A model generated the notes under the pieces. It was given only the letters and a program-made list of their open reading frames with translations. It did no database searches and had not been told where the DNA came from. From the NCBI GenBank assembly GCA_051531935.1, contig JAOPTR010000007.1, positions 283,420 through 347,419 on the forward strand: 64,000 nt of DNA, written 5' to 3'. Positions 38,587 to 47,814 of the stretch are shown here, one piece after another. A program made the translations under genes and the position numbers. The first letter of the stretch is position 1. Each line of letters starts with the position of its first letter. The DNA is from Hyphomicrobiales bacterium (GTDB lineage: Bacteria > Pseudomonadota > Alphaproteobacteria > Rhizobiales > OSC116).

Positions 38587-39435
38587 CTACTGCCAAACAT
38601 CCACATTTTGTTGTACAAATTGAGCTAGGCTGAGTGCTGGGGTGCCTGTTATATCTAGCACTGAATTAGTGGTTCGGTTCTCGGCACCATTTTTAATAAC
38701 GGCATCCATCGCGCTTAACATTTTTGCATAGTCTTCATCTAATCCAAAACCCTGCCAACGTTGGGTTAATTCTTCAATTGTAAGCTTGATATGTGAAACA
38801 GGTTTATCTATTGCATTCGAAATAATTTCGGCGGCTTGTCCGTAGCTTAAAGCCTCTGGGCCTGTTAAAATAAAGTCATCATTATATGAATTTTCAACCG
38901 TTAGCGCAAAGGCAGCAACCTTAGCAATGTCATTTGCATCAATAAATGCAATTTTGCCATCATCTGTTGCCGCATAAATTTTACCTTCATCTTTGATGGT
39001 TGGTAAATGCTGCTGTTTAGAAAAATTCTGCATGAACCAACTAGGTCTTAAAACGCACCACTCAATTTGTTTGTCTGCGGCTAGTTTTTTGTGGATTTGC
39101 CCCATGGCGGGGCCACCACAATCTATCAAAGATGCGCTCAATAATACAAATCGTTTAACGTCTGCTTTTTTGGCAACGTCAATGAAGTTAGACATAATTG
39201 CACTGGGTTCAGCAACAAGAGCGGGCGCCACTAAATATACGGCATTTATACCTTCAAGAGCTGCGGCATAAGTTTTTTCATCTAACCAATCAAATTTTAC
39301 AGATTCAACGCCTGTTATAGATGTAGTTCCAGATCGGCTTGCTACAATCGGCTCATACCCCATGTCATAAAGCTTTTTAGCGACTAGCGCGCCAGTATTG
39401 CTTGTACCGCCAGTGACAAGAATTTTTTTGTTCAT
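38587..39435 (-). CDS. NmrA-like / atypical SDR NAD(P)-binding protein
   Basis: 282 aa. N-terminal KILVTGGTSNTGALVAKKL (Rossmann GxxGxxG variant). Confidence 0.7.
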   Translation of the reverse strand: MNKKILVTGGTSNTGALVAKKLYDMGYEPIVASRSGTTSITGVESVKFDWLDEKTYAAALEGINAVYLVAPALVAEPSAIMSNFIDVAKKADVKRFVLLSASLIDCGGPAMGQIHKKLAADKQIEWCVLRPSWFMQNFSKQQHLPTIKDEGKIYAATDDGKIAFIDANDIAKVAAFALTVENSYNDDFILTGPEALSYGQAAEIISNAIDKPVSHIKLTIEELTQRWQGFGLDEDYAKMLSAMDAVIKNGAENRTTNSVLDITGTPALSLAQFVQQNVDVWQ

Positions 39436-39549
39436 TATATTTTCCTTATTTTACTTTGAGATTTCTCAATCTCAATCACAGAATAAAACTGAAAAGATGA
39501 GATGTATTTTTTCGATAGGCGCTAAATTTTAGTGAATACGATTATCAAC

Positions 39550-39565
39550 GGAACGCTATCGTTTC
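39550..39565. promoter_or_regulatory. Imperfect inverted repeat GGAACG-CTAT-CGTTTC; candidate TetR operator
   Basis: One mismatch between the arms. A second GGAACGC-containing copy (GGAACGCAAGTGTTCT) lies at 39586-39601. Both sit between the divergent NmrA-like and TetR genes. Confidence 0.3.
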
Positions 39566-39712
39566 ATATATACACAAAATACAATGGAACGCAAGTGTTC
39601 TGTTTGGAATTTTGCATTGATAAAAATTGTCTGGCTTTTTGATGTTCTGATTGCTATCTCTAAATCAAATATTTTTCTCCATGTGTTTAGATTTAGGCGG
39701 GCTATCCATTAT

Positions 39713-40273
39713 ATGCTAAGGCAAAAATTAACAAAAAGCATCATGCGCGCAGCCATTATTGAACTGGCACGAGAGGGCTATGCAGGCTTAACTATGGAAG
39801 GCGTAACCCGGCGCGCTGGCGTAGGTAAGGCGGCTTTATATCGGCGTTGGTCTGGCAAAGAAGAAATGATAATCGAAATTTTACTGGAAAGTAAATTGGT
39901 GATAATTCAAGCGCCTAATACAGGGTCATTGGGCGGTGATGTAGAGCAATATTTAACTGATGCGGTTAAATTACTCAAAAGACCGCTCTCAAAGAAAATC
40001 TTACCAGATCTTTACGCTCAAATGACCAGAGAAACTCGCCTCGGACATACCATTAAAGAGCAAGTGCAAAAGCCAAAGCTCAAAGTTATCAATCAAATTG
40101 TGAGCCAAGCAATTTCGCGCAAAGAGATGCCTGAGAGCGCAGATTATATAATGGCGTATGATTTATTGGCAGGGCCGCTTTATTGGCATGGTTTGATAAG
40201 TCAAGAAACTACAAATGATGAATATATAAACAGGCTCACGCGAGTGATAACAACCGCATTAAAGGTTTGTTAG
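39713..40273 (+). CDS. TetR-family transcriptional regulator
   Basis: The start is placed at MLRQKLTKSIMRAAIIELAREGYAGLTMEGVTRRAGVGKAALYRRW (TetR HTH). The 43-aa upstream extension in the track ORF looks non-coding. Confidence 0.85.
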   Translation: MLRQKLTKSIMRAAIIELAREGYAGLTMEGVTRRAGVGKAALYRRWSGKEEMIIEILLESKLVIIQAPNTGSLGGDVEQYLTDAVKLLKRPLSKKILPDLYAQMTRETRLGHTIKEQVQKPKLKVINQIVSQAISRKEMPESADYIMAYDLLAGPLYWHGLISQETTNDEYINRLTRVITTALKVC

Positions 40274-40371
40274 TTTCAATATTAAGTTAAAATTTATCAA
40301 CATAGCATCAGCGGTTTCTTGCTCTCATTCTCACATTAAATCGGGTGTATGGCATCGCGTTTTGGTGTGAG

Positions 40372-41262
40372 TTATCCGGCTTGCATATCCGCGCGCATTG
40401 CCATGAGTTCAGCCGCAAGAAAATCTACAAACCTACGCACGCGAACGGTGTTTTTTAAATCTGTGTGCAGCAAAATCCATAAGAAGCGATCTAAATTTAT
40501 TTCAGTTTTTGGAATTCGGCATAAATCGGGGTATATTTTTGCAAATATCACGGGCAAAAATGACATTCCGCAATGGTTTCGCAATAGGCTGAGCCGCATG
40601 GGGCCATCTTTAACAATATGGCGAATTGAGGCTTGTGGAAATGGCGTTGTAGCGAGCCAATTTGCGTTATTATCGTTTTCAGTATAGCCAAGCCAAGTTA
40701 ACCCTTGCCCTAATGACCCAGATTTCTCGAAATTGTCATTAATATATTTTTGGCTAGCATATACACCCACGGCAATGGGGTAAAGTTTACGACCAACCAC
40801 ATCATCATTCACTTCAAATGCTGCGCGCAATGAAATGTCGGTTTCATTGCGGCTAATGTTTTCGATGTCAGATGTGACATGCATTTCAATTTGTATAGCG
40901 GGGTATTTTTCTTGAAAACGTGCAATGATGGGGGCAATGATATCGTAAGCTAGTGCAGGGGTAACAGAAAATCTAATATTGCCTGCTTCGCTTTTGTCAT
41001 GCCCTTCGACCCGCCTACGTGCCGCAACAACGTTAAGCTCGGTTTGCTCGGCGATTGGCAATAGAGCGTCTCCTGCTTGGGTTAATGCGAAACCACGTTT
41101 AGAACGGCTAAAAAGTGCGCTGCCATAACTAGCTTCAAGCGCCAAAATATTGCGGTTCACTGTGCCATAATTTGCATTTAATAACGTTGCCGCAGCGCGC
41201 AAGCTGCCCGCCCTCGCGACGGCTAAAAAATAAGGTAGATATTCCCAATCCTTTGGATGCAT
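40372..41262 (-). CDS. LysR-family transcriptional regulator
   Basis: The start is placed at MHPKDWEYLPYFLAVARAGSLRAAATLLNANYGTVNRNI, preceded by GGAGAA. Confidence 0.85.
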   Translation of the reverse strand: MHPKDWEYLPYFLAVARAGSLRAAATLLNANYGTVNRNILALEASYGSALFSRSKRGFALTQAGDALLPIAEQTELNVVAARRRVEGHDKSEAGNIRFSVTPALAYDIIAPIIARFQEKYPAIQIEMHVTSDIENISRNETDISLRAAFEVNDDVVGRKLYPIAVGVYASQKYINDNFEKSGSLGQGLTWLGYTENDNNANWLATTPFPQASIRHIVKDGPMRLSLLRNHCGMSFLPVIFAKIYPDLCRIPKTEINLDRFLWILLHTDLKNTVRVRRFVDFLAAELMAMRADMQAG

Positions 41263-41274
41263 AAATTCTCCATT

Positions 41275-41301
41275 TGTTACTCCCTTGTAACACATAGTTA
41301 C
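41275..41301. promoter_or_regulatory. LysR-type binding-site candidate: TGTTAC-N6-GTAACA dyad (contains T-N11-A) plus a third GTTAC half-site
   Basis: The layout is GTTAC(41276-80)-N6-GTAAC(41287-91)-N5-GTTAC(41297-301). It lies 13 nt upstream of the LysR start, in the divergent region shared with the SRPBCC gene. Confidence 0.45.
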
Positions 41302-41424
41302 GAATTTGGGCATTCTTATTGCAATATTTATAAGTTAAGTTCTTTTTATCGACCATATTAAACGCATCACGCGTTTCAATTCGTCATTATTAGTGCCCAG
41401 TTTTGGGCTTTTAAGGAGATTAAA

Positions 41425-41943
41425 ATGAGAACGATTAATTCAGGAATTATCAACAAACCAGCGGCAGAAGTATGGGAATTATTGGGCGAAAACTTTGTAG
41501 ATGTTTCGGTGTGGATGGCAGCCACGCCAACGTCTGAACCAATTCTTGAAGGAGTTCCGATTAAAGGAGCACCCGCAATAGGCCGCAATTCATATTTGCC
41601 AGCTAAGTTTAAAGGCATGTATCAGCAAGAGATTATTACAAGCTATAGCGACAAAATGAAAACGGTTGCATTTGATGTTGTGTTGAAAAACGCTTCAAAA
41701 TTTTTGCCCATTAAAGGCTATTCTTCCATCGTTACAGTTGAGGCCGTTAACGAAACATCGTGCCGCGTCACATGGGATTCAACTACACATCTTCGTACTC
41801 TAGGCTATCTAATACCAGGCATTAAGAAAAGTTTGAAAGCTGGCTTTATCCGTAATGTTGAAGAAATAAAGCATTATATGGAAACGGGAGAGCCGCATCC
41901 TCGTAAAGCCGCAAAGTTGAAGGCAGAACTCGCAGCTGCATAA
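41425..41943 (+). CDS. SRPBCC-superfamily (polyketide cyclase/START-like) ligand-binding protein
   Basis: 172 aa. N-terminus INKPAAEVWELLGENF.. is typical of Polyketide_cyc2-type proteins. AAGGAG RBS. Confidence 0.6.
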   Translation: MRTINSGIINKPAAEVWELLGENFVDVSVWMAATPTSEPILEGVPIKGAPAIGRNSYLPAKFKGMYQQEIITSYSDKMKTVAFDVVLKNASKFLPIKGYSSIVTVEAVNETSCRVTWDSTTHLRTLGYLIPGIKKSLKAGFIRNVEEIKHYMETGEPHPRKAAKLKAELAAA

Positions 41944-41970
41944 AAGCCTTAAGGTGAGGGCTTTAAATAG

Positions 41971-42174
41971 CCCGGCCTGAAATTAGAAATCAAAAATGGT
42001 GCGATTTCAAAGAATGGCTTTACAGGTACGCTTGAAAGCATAGGGGGAGACGCTCTTACATCAAGTTCCTTAGAAGGTTCGTTCTTTGGATCAGGGGGGA
42101 CGGAAGTCGGTGGTATTGGGCAGTTTGAAGATGATGATGCAGTTGGTACGTTTGGTTTCACCGCAAAAAATTAA
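41971..42174 (+). pseudogene. Start-less C-terminal fragment of a TbpB/fHbp-like beta-barrel surface lipoprotein
   Basis: The in-frame stretch after a TAG reads PGLKLEIKNGAISKNGFTGTLESIGGDALTSSSLEGSFFGSGGTEVGGIGQFEDDDAVGTFGFTAKN(stop). The G-x-F-F-G..E-x-G-G..G-x-F-G tail resembles the last strands of transferrin-binding-protein-like barrels. No ATG, GTG or TTG is available in frame. Confidence 0.45.
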
Positions 42175-42187
42175 TAACATTAGATTT

Positions 42188-42220
42188 AAGCTTCCCAATA
42201 AATTGGGGAGCTTATTTTTT
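42188..42220 (+). terminator. Rho-independent terminator following the lipoprotein fragment
   Basis: AAGCTTCCCAAT-A-ATTGGGGAGCTT forms a 12-bp stem with one mismatch. It is followed by ATTTTTT. Confidence 0.65.
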
Positions 42221-42289
42221 CAAAATCTAAGATTATTCACGCTCACTAAAATACGCAAGCCTCTTCGCGCCACATGAAAGGTTATGATC

Positions 42290-43114
42290 TTAGCCCAATA
42301 AGCCTTCATCAAGCATCATTTGTTCAAGCTTAATGCCATCAAACCCAATTTCTGCTTTGTATGACTTATAGGTTTCGTAAAAAGAAGGCTGTTTGCCGCG
42401 TTTTTTTGTGGCGGCAATGAGAGTGTTCTTTTGTGTATGTTCAGTGGCAACAAAATCAATTACATCTACATGATAGCCTTGCGATTGTAGCAGCATCACA
42501 CGGGCATTGTCGGTAATGATATCGGCCATTTTATGCAAAAACAGGCCGTTTTTAATGTATTTCGAAAGCGATTTCTTTTCTTTTAAGCTCAGTAGAACTT
42601 CTTTTTGGCAACATGGCGCGCATAAAATCACTTTGGATTTCATTTTAAGGCCAATGAATAAAGCATCATCTGTGGCTGTATCGCAGGCATGTAATGAAAC
42701 CACGGCATCATAATAAGCCAAGCCAGAATATTGGTCGGCAAAATCGCTGACGAAAGACAGGTTTTCAAACCCGCATTTCTGGGCAGTCTCATTGCCTAGC
42801 TTCATTAAATCTTGGTTGAAATCTACAGCGTGAATTACAGGGTCAAGATTATGTTTGGCTAAATAATTATATATTGCAAAGGTCATGTATCCTTTGCCCG
42901 CGCCAATATCAATTACCTTAACGCGTTTTTGGTTGGTCGCACCAGATTGCGTAAGCTTGTCAGAAAGTATTTCTGTAAAGCGGCCAATTTGCTTATATTT
43001 TTTGTGCATTCTAGGTTTGATAACGCCCTTATTATCTGAAATACCCGTTTCGATAAGGAATTGCTCCTTAGCATCAAGTTTGTATTTAGGGCTGCTCTTT
43101 TTAACTTTGGTCAT
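42290..43114 (-). CDS. Class I SAM-dependent methyltransferase (Methyltransf_32-like)
   Basis: 274 aa. SAM-binding motif VIDIGAGKGYMT and the LHACDTATDDAL block characteristic of that family. Confidence 0.7.
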   Translation of the reverse strand: MTKVKKSSPKYKLDAKEQFLIETGISDNKGVIKPRMHKKYKQIGRFTEILSDKLTQSGATNQKRVKVIDIGAGKGYMTFAIYNYLAKHNLDPVIHAVDFNQDLMKLGNETAQKCGFENLSFVSDFADQYSGLAYYDAVVSLHACDTATDDALFIGLKMKSKVILCAPCCQKEVLLSLKEKKSLSKYIKNGLFLHKMADIITDNARVMLLQSQGYHVDVIDFVATEHTQKNTLIAATKKRGKQPSFYETYKSYKAEIGFDGIKLEQMMLDEGLLG

Positions 43115-43354
43115 GATATGGCCTGCAAATAGGTAATTCTGAAACGACTATGTTTCACCTATATAAAGAAAATTCAAAAAAATAACACCCTTATCTGTGC
43201 CTATAAATACGATTCTTTTTACTTCTGCTTTTTTTGCCAGAGCATGGTGTACTGCATTTAAGCCTATGCAATTTATCAAATTCTATCTATTGTAAGATTA
43301 CCTGCCATACTGTAGAGCTGTGGTTTCTAGACACACAATTTTGGAGAGACGTTC

Positions 43355-43603
43355 ATGAATATTTCAATACTTAACCTACACAGAAAAATAGATAAGGATG
43401 AGCTTGAAAAATTATTCACAAATTATGGCGTGGTTGATTCTTGTGAGGTTGTTCTAGATAAAACCACTGGGAAATCCAAAGGTTTTGGTTTTGTGGTGAT
43501 GAATGATGAAATTCAAGCCAGTATTGCGGTCAAGGAATTGCATGGCAAAGTGATAAGTAATCAAAAAATAAGAGTTAAAATTTCGGGTGAAGCAGCTTCA
43601 TAA
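43355..43603 (+). CDS. Small RRM-type RNA-binding protein
   Basis: 82 aa. RNP1 octamer KGFGFVVM. The RNP2 position reads ISILNL, which diverges from the usual IYVGNL. Confidence 0.8.
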   Translation: MNISILNLHRKIDKDELEKLFTNYGVVDSCEVVLDKTTGKSKGFGFVVMNDEIQASIAVKELHGKVISNQKIRVKISGEAAS

Positions 43604-43641
43604 AAGCAAGTTTCTGCATTTGAAAAATTAACACCGAAAGA

Positions 43642-44541
43642 ATGCGCATGTTTAACTGGGATGATCTGAAGTTTTTTCTGACCCTGTGCCGCACAACAAA
43701 ATTAGTGCGTGCTGCCGATACATTGCGCGTAGACCATACCACAGTTTCCAGACGGGTTGCTGCATTAGAATATTCATTAGGTGTGAAATTGGTCGAAAAA
43801 ACCGAAACTGGTTTTGTACCGACAGAAGCAGGCGAAAAGCTAATTCCCATCGCAGAAGCTATGGAAAATTCGGCACTTTTTTTGCAGGAAGACATTGGCG
43901 GTGGCGGTAGCGAGCTTGGTGGCATTGTAAGAGTTGGCGCACCAGATGGCTTTGGTAGCTTTTTCTTAGCACCCAAATTACCCAAATTAATCGCCAATCA
44001 TTCAGGGTTGGAGATAGATCTTGTGGCTGTGCCACGTTACCTCAGCCTATCGCGGCGCGAGGCCGATTTATCTATCACCCTAAGCCGCCCCACAACAGGC
44101 AGGCTTTATGCCAAAAAACTGACAGATTATCATCTGCAACTTTTCGCATCTAAAGAATATTTAGAAAAGTCGGAGCCAATTAACAGACGAAGAGACCTTA
44201 AAAAGCATTCTCTGGTTGGTTATGTGGAAGACTTGATTTTTGCGCCAGAGCTTAAATATATGTCGGCTGTGGGCAAAGACCTAACTGCAAGCTTTCGCTC
44301 TACAAGCCTGGTTGCGCAAAGACAGGCGATATTGTCTGGTGCGGGCATAGGTGTTTTACCTCGCTTTGTGGCTTATGAAGATTCAAGGTTGGTTCCTGTT
44401 TTGGAAACAGAATTCCAACTCACGAAGACCTTTTGGCTGTTGGTTCATGAAGACATTAGGAAACTTGCCAGAGTGCAAGAAACCATGAAATTTATATCCG
44501 AAAGTGTCAAAGCCTCAAAAATTATGTTTTTGAGTGATTAA
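43642..44541 (+). CDS. LysR-family transcriptional regulator
   Basis: 299 aa. HTH MFNWDDLKFFLTLCRTTKLVRAADTLRVDHTTVSRRVAALE. Confidence 0.85.
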   Translation: MRMFNWDDLKFFLTLCRTTKLVRAADTLRVDHTTVSRRVAALEYSLGVKLVEKTETGFVPTEAGEKLIPIAEAMENSALFLQEDIGGGGSELGGIVRVGAPDGFGSFFLAPKLPKLIANHSGLEIDLVAVPRYLSLSRREADLSITLSRPTTGRLYAKKLTDYHLQLFASKEYLEKSEPINRRRDLKKHSLVGYVEDLIFAPELKYMSAVGKDLTASFRSTSLVAQRQAILSGAGIGVLPRFVAYEDSRLVPVLETEFQLTKTFWLLVHEDIRKLARVQETMKFISESVKASKIMFLSD

Positions 44542-44788
44542 ATATACAGGCTTATTCTAAGGAATGAGGCCAATATATGAAAAATTTCTAATTTATAAAT
44601 TCATCCATCAATTTTATACGATTGACCGTGCTTTGCGGCATATGCCATTTGCTCTCAGGTTACGGTTGTAATGACAAGAAATACCCTTTCATTCCAACAG
44701 TTTAAAAAATATAGGCCTATTTTCAAATGCTGGAGGGCGGATGTATTTTTCTCTAACCACGTTTACCAATAAAATTATATGTGTATTT

Positions 44789-44807
44789 TTGCAGATTGAT
44801 TGTGCAA
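44789..44807. promoter_or_regulatory. Interrupted dyad TTGCA-N9-TGCAA (LTTR-box architecture) in the long leader upstream of the Liv-type operon
   Basis: Perfect 5-bp arms with a 9-nt spacer, which gives a T-N11-A arrangement. It lies about 200 nt upstream of the first ABC gene and downstream of a LysR gene. Confidence 0.3.
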
Positions 44808-45005
44808 AAATAGATATATTTGTGAATATTTGCATGTGCTAGTTTTCTTTTATTGGGTGGAGAAGATGAGCCATTGCTGCAAAATGTCTAAAATTATAAT
44901 TCAGTGCAGCAATATTCATCAGGTTAAAAGCATAAAAAAATCAATAATAACAAAATCTTGCTTTTAATTATTATCTCACTGGTAAATGAGATTAGGGAGA
45001 TTAGT

Positions 45006-45833
45006 TTGGATAAAAATACCAATGTGCTGTTGCAGGCACAGGATGTATCATTGCGGTTTGGCGGTGTGCACGCATTGTCTAATGTAAGTTATGATATTTA
45101 TGAGGGCGAGATATTTTCTATCATCGGCCCTAATGGCGCGGGTAAAACCTCTATGCTCAATTGCATATCTGGCCGCTATACACCGACATCTGGCGAAATA
45201 TCTCTCGAAGGTAAATCACTTAAAGGTTATTCGGTAAATGACCGCGCTGGCCTCGGTATTGGTCGTACTTTTCAAAATTTAGCTTTGTTTGGCCACATGA
45301 GTGTTTTGGATAACATCATGGTAGGTAGGCATCATCAGCTTAAAAATAATTTCATGAACGGCATGCTTTATTGGGCTGGTGGCGCACAAAAAGAAGAAGT
45401 GCTCGAGCGTCGCAAGGTCGAAGACATCATCGACTTTTTAGAAATTCAGCATGTGCGCAATAAACCCGCAGGTGAACTATCTTATGGTTTGCGTAAACGT
45501 GTAGAGCTAGCGCGTGCCGTAGCTCAAAGCCCTAAAATCATTCTACTAGATGAGCCAATGGCAGGCATGAATTTAGAAGAAAAAGAAGATATGGCACGCT
45601 ATATCATCGACCTAAATAAAGAATTAAACATGACAATTGTGATGATTGAGCATGATATGGGCGTTGTGATTGATATATCCGACCGTGTGATGGTGCTCGA
45701 TTTTGGCCGCCAAATTGCACTCGGCCTGCCCGAAGAAGTGATGCAGAATGAACATGTGAAAAAAGCCTATTTGGGCGAAGAAGATGATTTCATCCGCGAG
45801 TTAGAAGAAGATGACGCGGAGGTGATGCTATGA
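45006..45833 (+). CDS. HAAT-family (LivG-like) ABC ATPase
   Basis: GPNGAGKTS, LSYGLRKRVELARA, and a LivG-type C-terminal extension. The proposed start is TTG 45006, after TAGGGAGA. The track start at 44958 adds 16 hydrophobic residues. Confidence 0.85.
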   Translation: MDKNTNVLLQAQDVSLRFGGVHALSNVSYDIYEGEIFSIIGPNGAGKTSMLNCISGRYTPTSGEISLEGKSLKGYSVNDRAGLGIGRTFQNLALFGHMSVLDNIMVGRHHQLKNNFMNGMLYWAGGAQKEEVLERRKVEDIIDFLEIQHVRNKPAGELSYGLRKRVELARAVAQSPKIILLDEPMAGMNLEEKEDMARYIIDLNKELNMTIVMIEHDMGVVIDISDRVMVLDFGRQIALGLPEEVMQNEHVKKAYLGEEDDFIRELEEDDAEVML

Positions 45834-47800
45834 ACAAAATTGAAAACCTAGACCCCAATACAGACACTAACAATTTTAACCGCATGAATATGTGGCCAGA
45901 AAAAGTTGATGGTTTGTTGGATATATCGAACCTTGAAAGCCTGCCTGCTGTGCTGCTGCACAATATGAACCATCATGGTAATGAAACTGCCATGCGCGAA
46001 AAAGAATTTGGCATTTGGCAAAGCTACACTTGGGAAGATTACTATACCCATGTGCGTAATATTGGCTTGGCCTTAGCCGATTTTGGTTTTGAAAAAGGCG
46101 ATATTGTAGGCATTATTGGTGATAACCGCCCTGTGTGGATTTGGTCTGAAATTGCTTGCCAAGCCAACAGAGGTATGAGCTTGGGCATCTATCGCGATGC
46201 ACTAGAAGATGAAATCGCCTATTTGATAGATTATGCAAAACCTAAATTTATCTTTGCCGAAGACGAAGAGCAAGTTGATAAATTTCTAAACCTTGGCGAT
46301 CGCATTCCCTCAGTTCAAAAAATTATTTATGCCGATCCACGCGGTATGCGAAAATATGACGATGAGCGCCTTATAAGCCTTGCTGATTTTGAAGAAATTG
46401 GCCGCAAAATTCAAGCCAATGACAATGGCGTATTTAGACGTTTGCTGAAAAAAGTTAAAGGCAGTGACATTGCAATTTTATGTGCAACTTCAGGCACAAC
46501 AGGCAACCCAAAACTAACCATGATTAGCCATAAATCATTGCTGCATCATTGCGTAAGCTATTTGCAAGCCGACCCTAAAAATAGTGACGATGAATATGTT
46601 TCGACCTTGCCGTTAAGTTGGATTATGGAACAAATTTATGCGGTTGGTTGGTCGTTATTGGCACGGATGAAAGTAAACTTTGTCGAAGAAGCCGAAACCA
46701 TGATGAGCGATTTGCGTGAAATTGGCCCCACCTTTGTTTTATTTGCCCCGCGCCTATGGGAGCAAATTGCAGGCGATGTACGCGCACAGATAATGGATGC
46801 CGATAAATTTAAGCAATATATGTATAAATTGGGCATGGATATGGGCTTAAAAGCTGTCGATGATGGCACCAAATCCACTTTGGCACATTACTTACTATTC
46901 CGCGCTTTAAAGGATAGTTTAGGTTTAAGCCATGTCACATCTGCCGCCACTGGTGGCGCAGCATTAGGGCCCGATACATTTAAGTTTTTCTTGGCAATGG
47001 GTGTGCCTTTGCGTCAACTTTATGGCCAAACCGAAAGCCTTGGTGCCTATACTTTACACGAAACCAATGATGTGGATTATGACAGTGTTGGCCATGGGTT
47101 TAACAATGTCGAAATGGTGATTGATGAGCCAGACAAAGAAGGCATTGGTGAAGTTGTGGTGCGCCACGACAATATGATGGACGGTTATTATTTAAATGAA
47201 GAGGCAACAAAAGAAGCCTTTACTGAGAATAATTGGATGCGCACTGGCGATGCTGGCTATTATAACAAAGCTGGGCATTTGGTTATTATTGACCGTATTT
47301 CAGATCTGGCAAGCACCAGCCAAGATATTCGTTTTTCACCTGCTTATATTGAGAATAAGCTTAAATTCTCGGCTTATGTTGCCGAAGCGGTGATATTGGG
47401 TTCTGGGCAGGATTATCTAACCGCCATGATCTGTATTCGCTTCCCAATTGTTTCCAAATGGGCAGAGAAAAACCGCATTAATTTCACCACTTATACCGAT
47501 CTTTCAGCACGGCCAGAAATTTATGAAATGTTGCGTAAAGAGGTCGAGATGGTCAATAAAACTCTGCCAGATGCGCAAAAAATCAAGAAATTTATTTTGC
47601 TCTATAAAGCACTGGATGCTGATGATGGCGAGCTCACTCGCACTCTAAAAGTGCGTCGTAAGGTGATTAATCAAAAATATGCGGACATCATCGAAACGCT
47701 GTATTCGGACAATGACAAAATTGACATTGATACAGTGATTCACTTTCAAGACGGTGGCAAACAGCGCATTCAAACCACTGTTAAAGTTGAAAAAATTTAA
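45830..47800 (+). CDS. AMP-forming acyl-CoA synthetase (FadD/long-chain-type), encoded inside the ABC operon
   Basis: 656 aa. Canonical adenylation P-loop ILCATSGTTGNPKLTMISH, YGQTES, and TGDAGY..GHLVIIDR. ATGA overlap with the ATPase gene. Confidence 0.85.
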   Translation: MNKIENLDPNTDTNNFNRMNMWPEKVDGLLDISNLESLPAVLLHNMNHHGNETAMREKEFGIWQSYTWEDYYTHVRNIGLALADFGFEKGDIVGIIGDNRPVWIWSEIACQANRGMSLGIYRDALEDEIAYLIDYAKPKFIFAEDEEQVDKFLNLGDRIPSVQKIIYADPRGMRKYDDERLISLADFEEIGRKIQANDNGVFRRLLKKVKGSDIAILCATSGTTGNPKLTMISHKSLLHHCVSYLQADPKNSDDEYVSTLPLSWIMEQIYAVGWSLLARMKVNFVEEAETMMSDLREIGPTFVLFAPRLWEQIAGDVRAQIMDADKFKQYMYKLGMDMGLKAVDDGTKSTLAHYLLFRALKDSLGLSHVTSAATGGAALGPDTFKFFLAMGVPLRQLYGQTESLGAYTLHETNDVDYDSVGHGFNNVEMVIDEPDKEGIGEVVVRHDNMMDGYYLNEEATKEAFTENNWMRTGDAGYYNKAGHLVIIDRISDLASTSQDIRFSPAYIENKLKFSAYVAEAVILGSGQDYLTAMICIRFPIVSKWAEKNRINFTTYTDLSARPEIYEMLRKEVEMVNKTLPDAQKIKKFILLYKALDADDGELTRTLKVRRKVINQKYADIIETLYSDNDKIDIDTVIHFQDGGKQRIQTTVKVEKI

Positions 47801-47814
47801 AGGGAGGGCATAAT

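Noticed and set aside
41949-42277. Track ORFs 41949-42161 (minus, 70 aa) and 42086-42277 (plus, 63 aa).
   Set aside because: The first is antisense to the lipoprotein-like fragment, and the second overlaps it out of frame. The second also reads through the terminator hairpin. Neither has a motif or an RBS.
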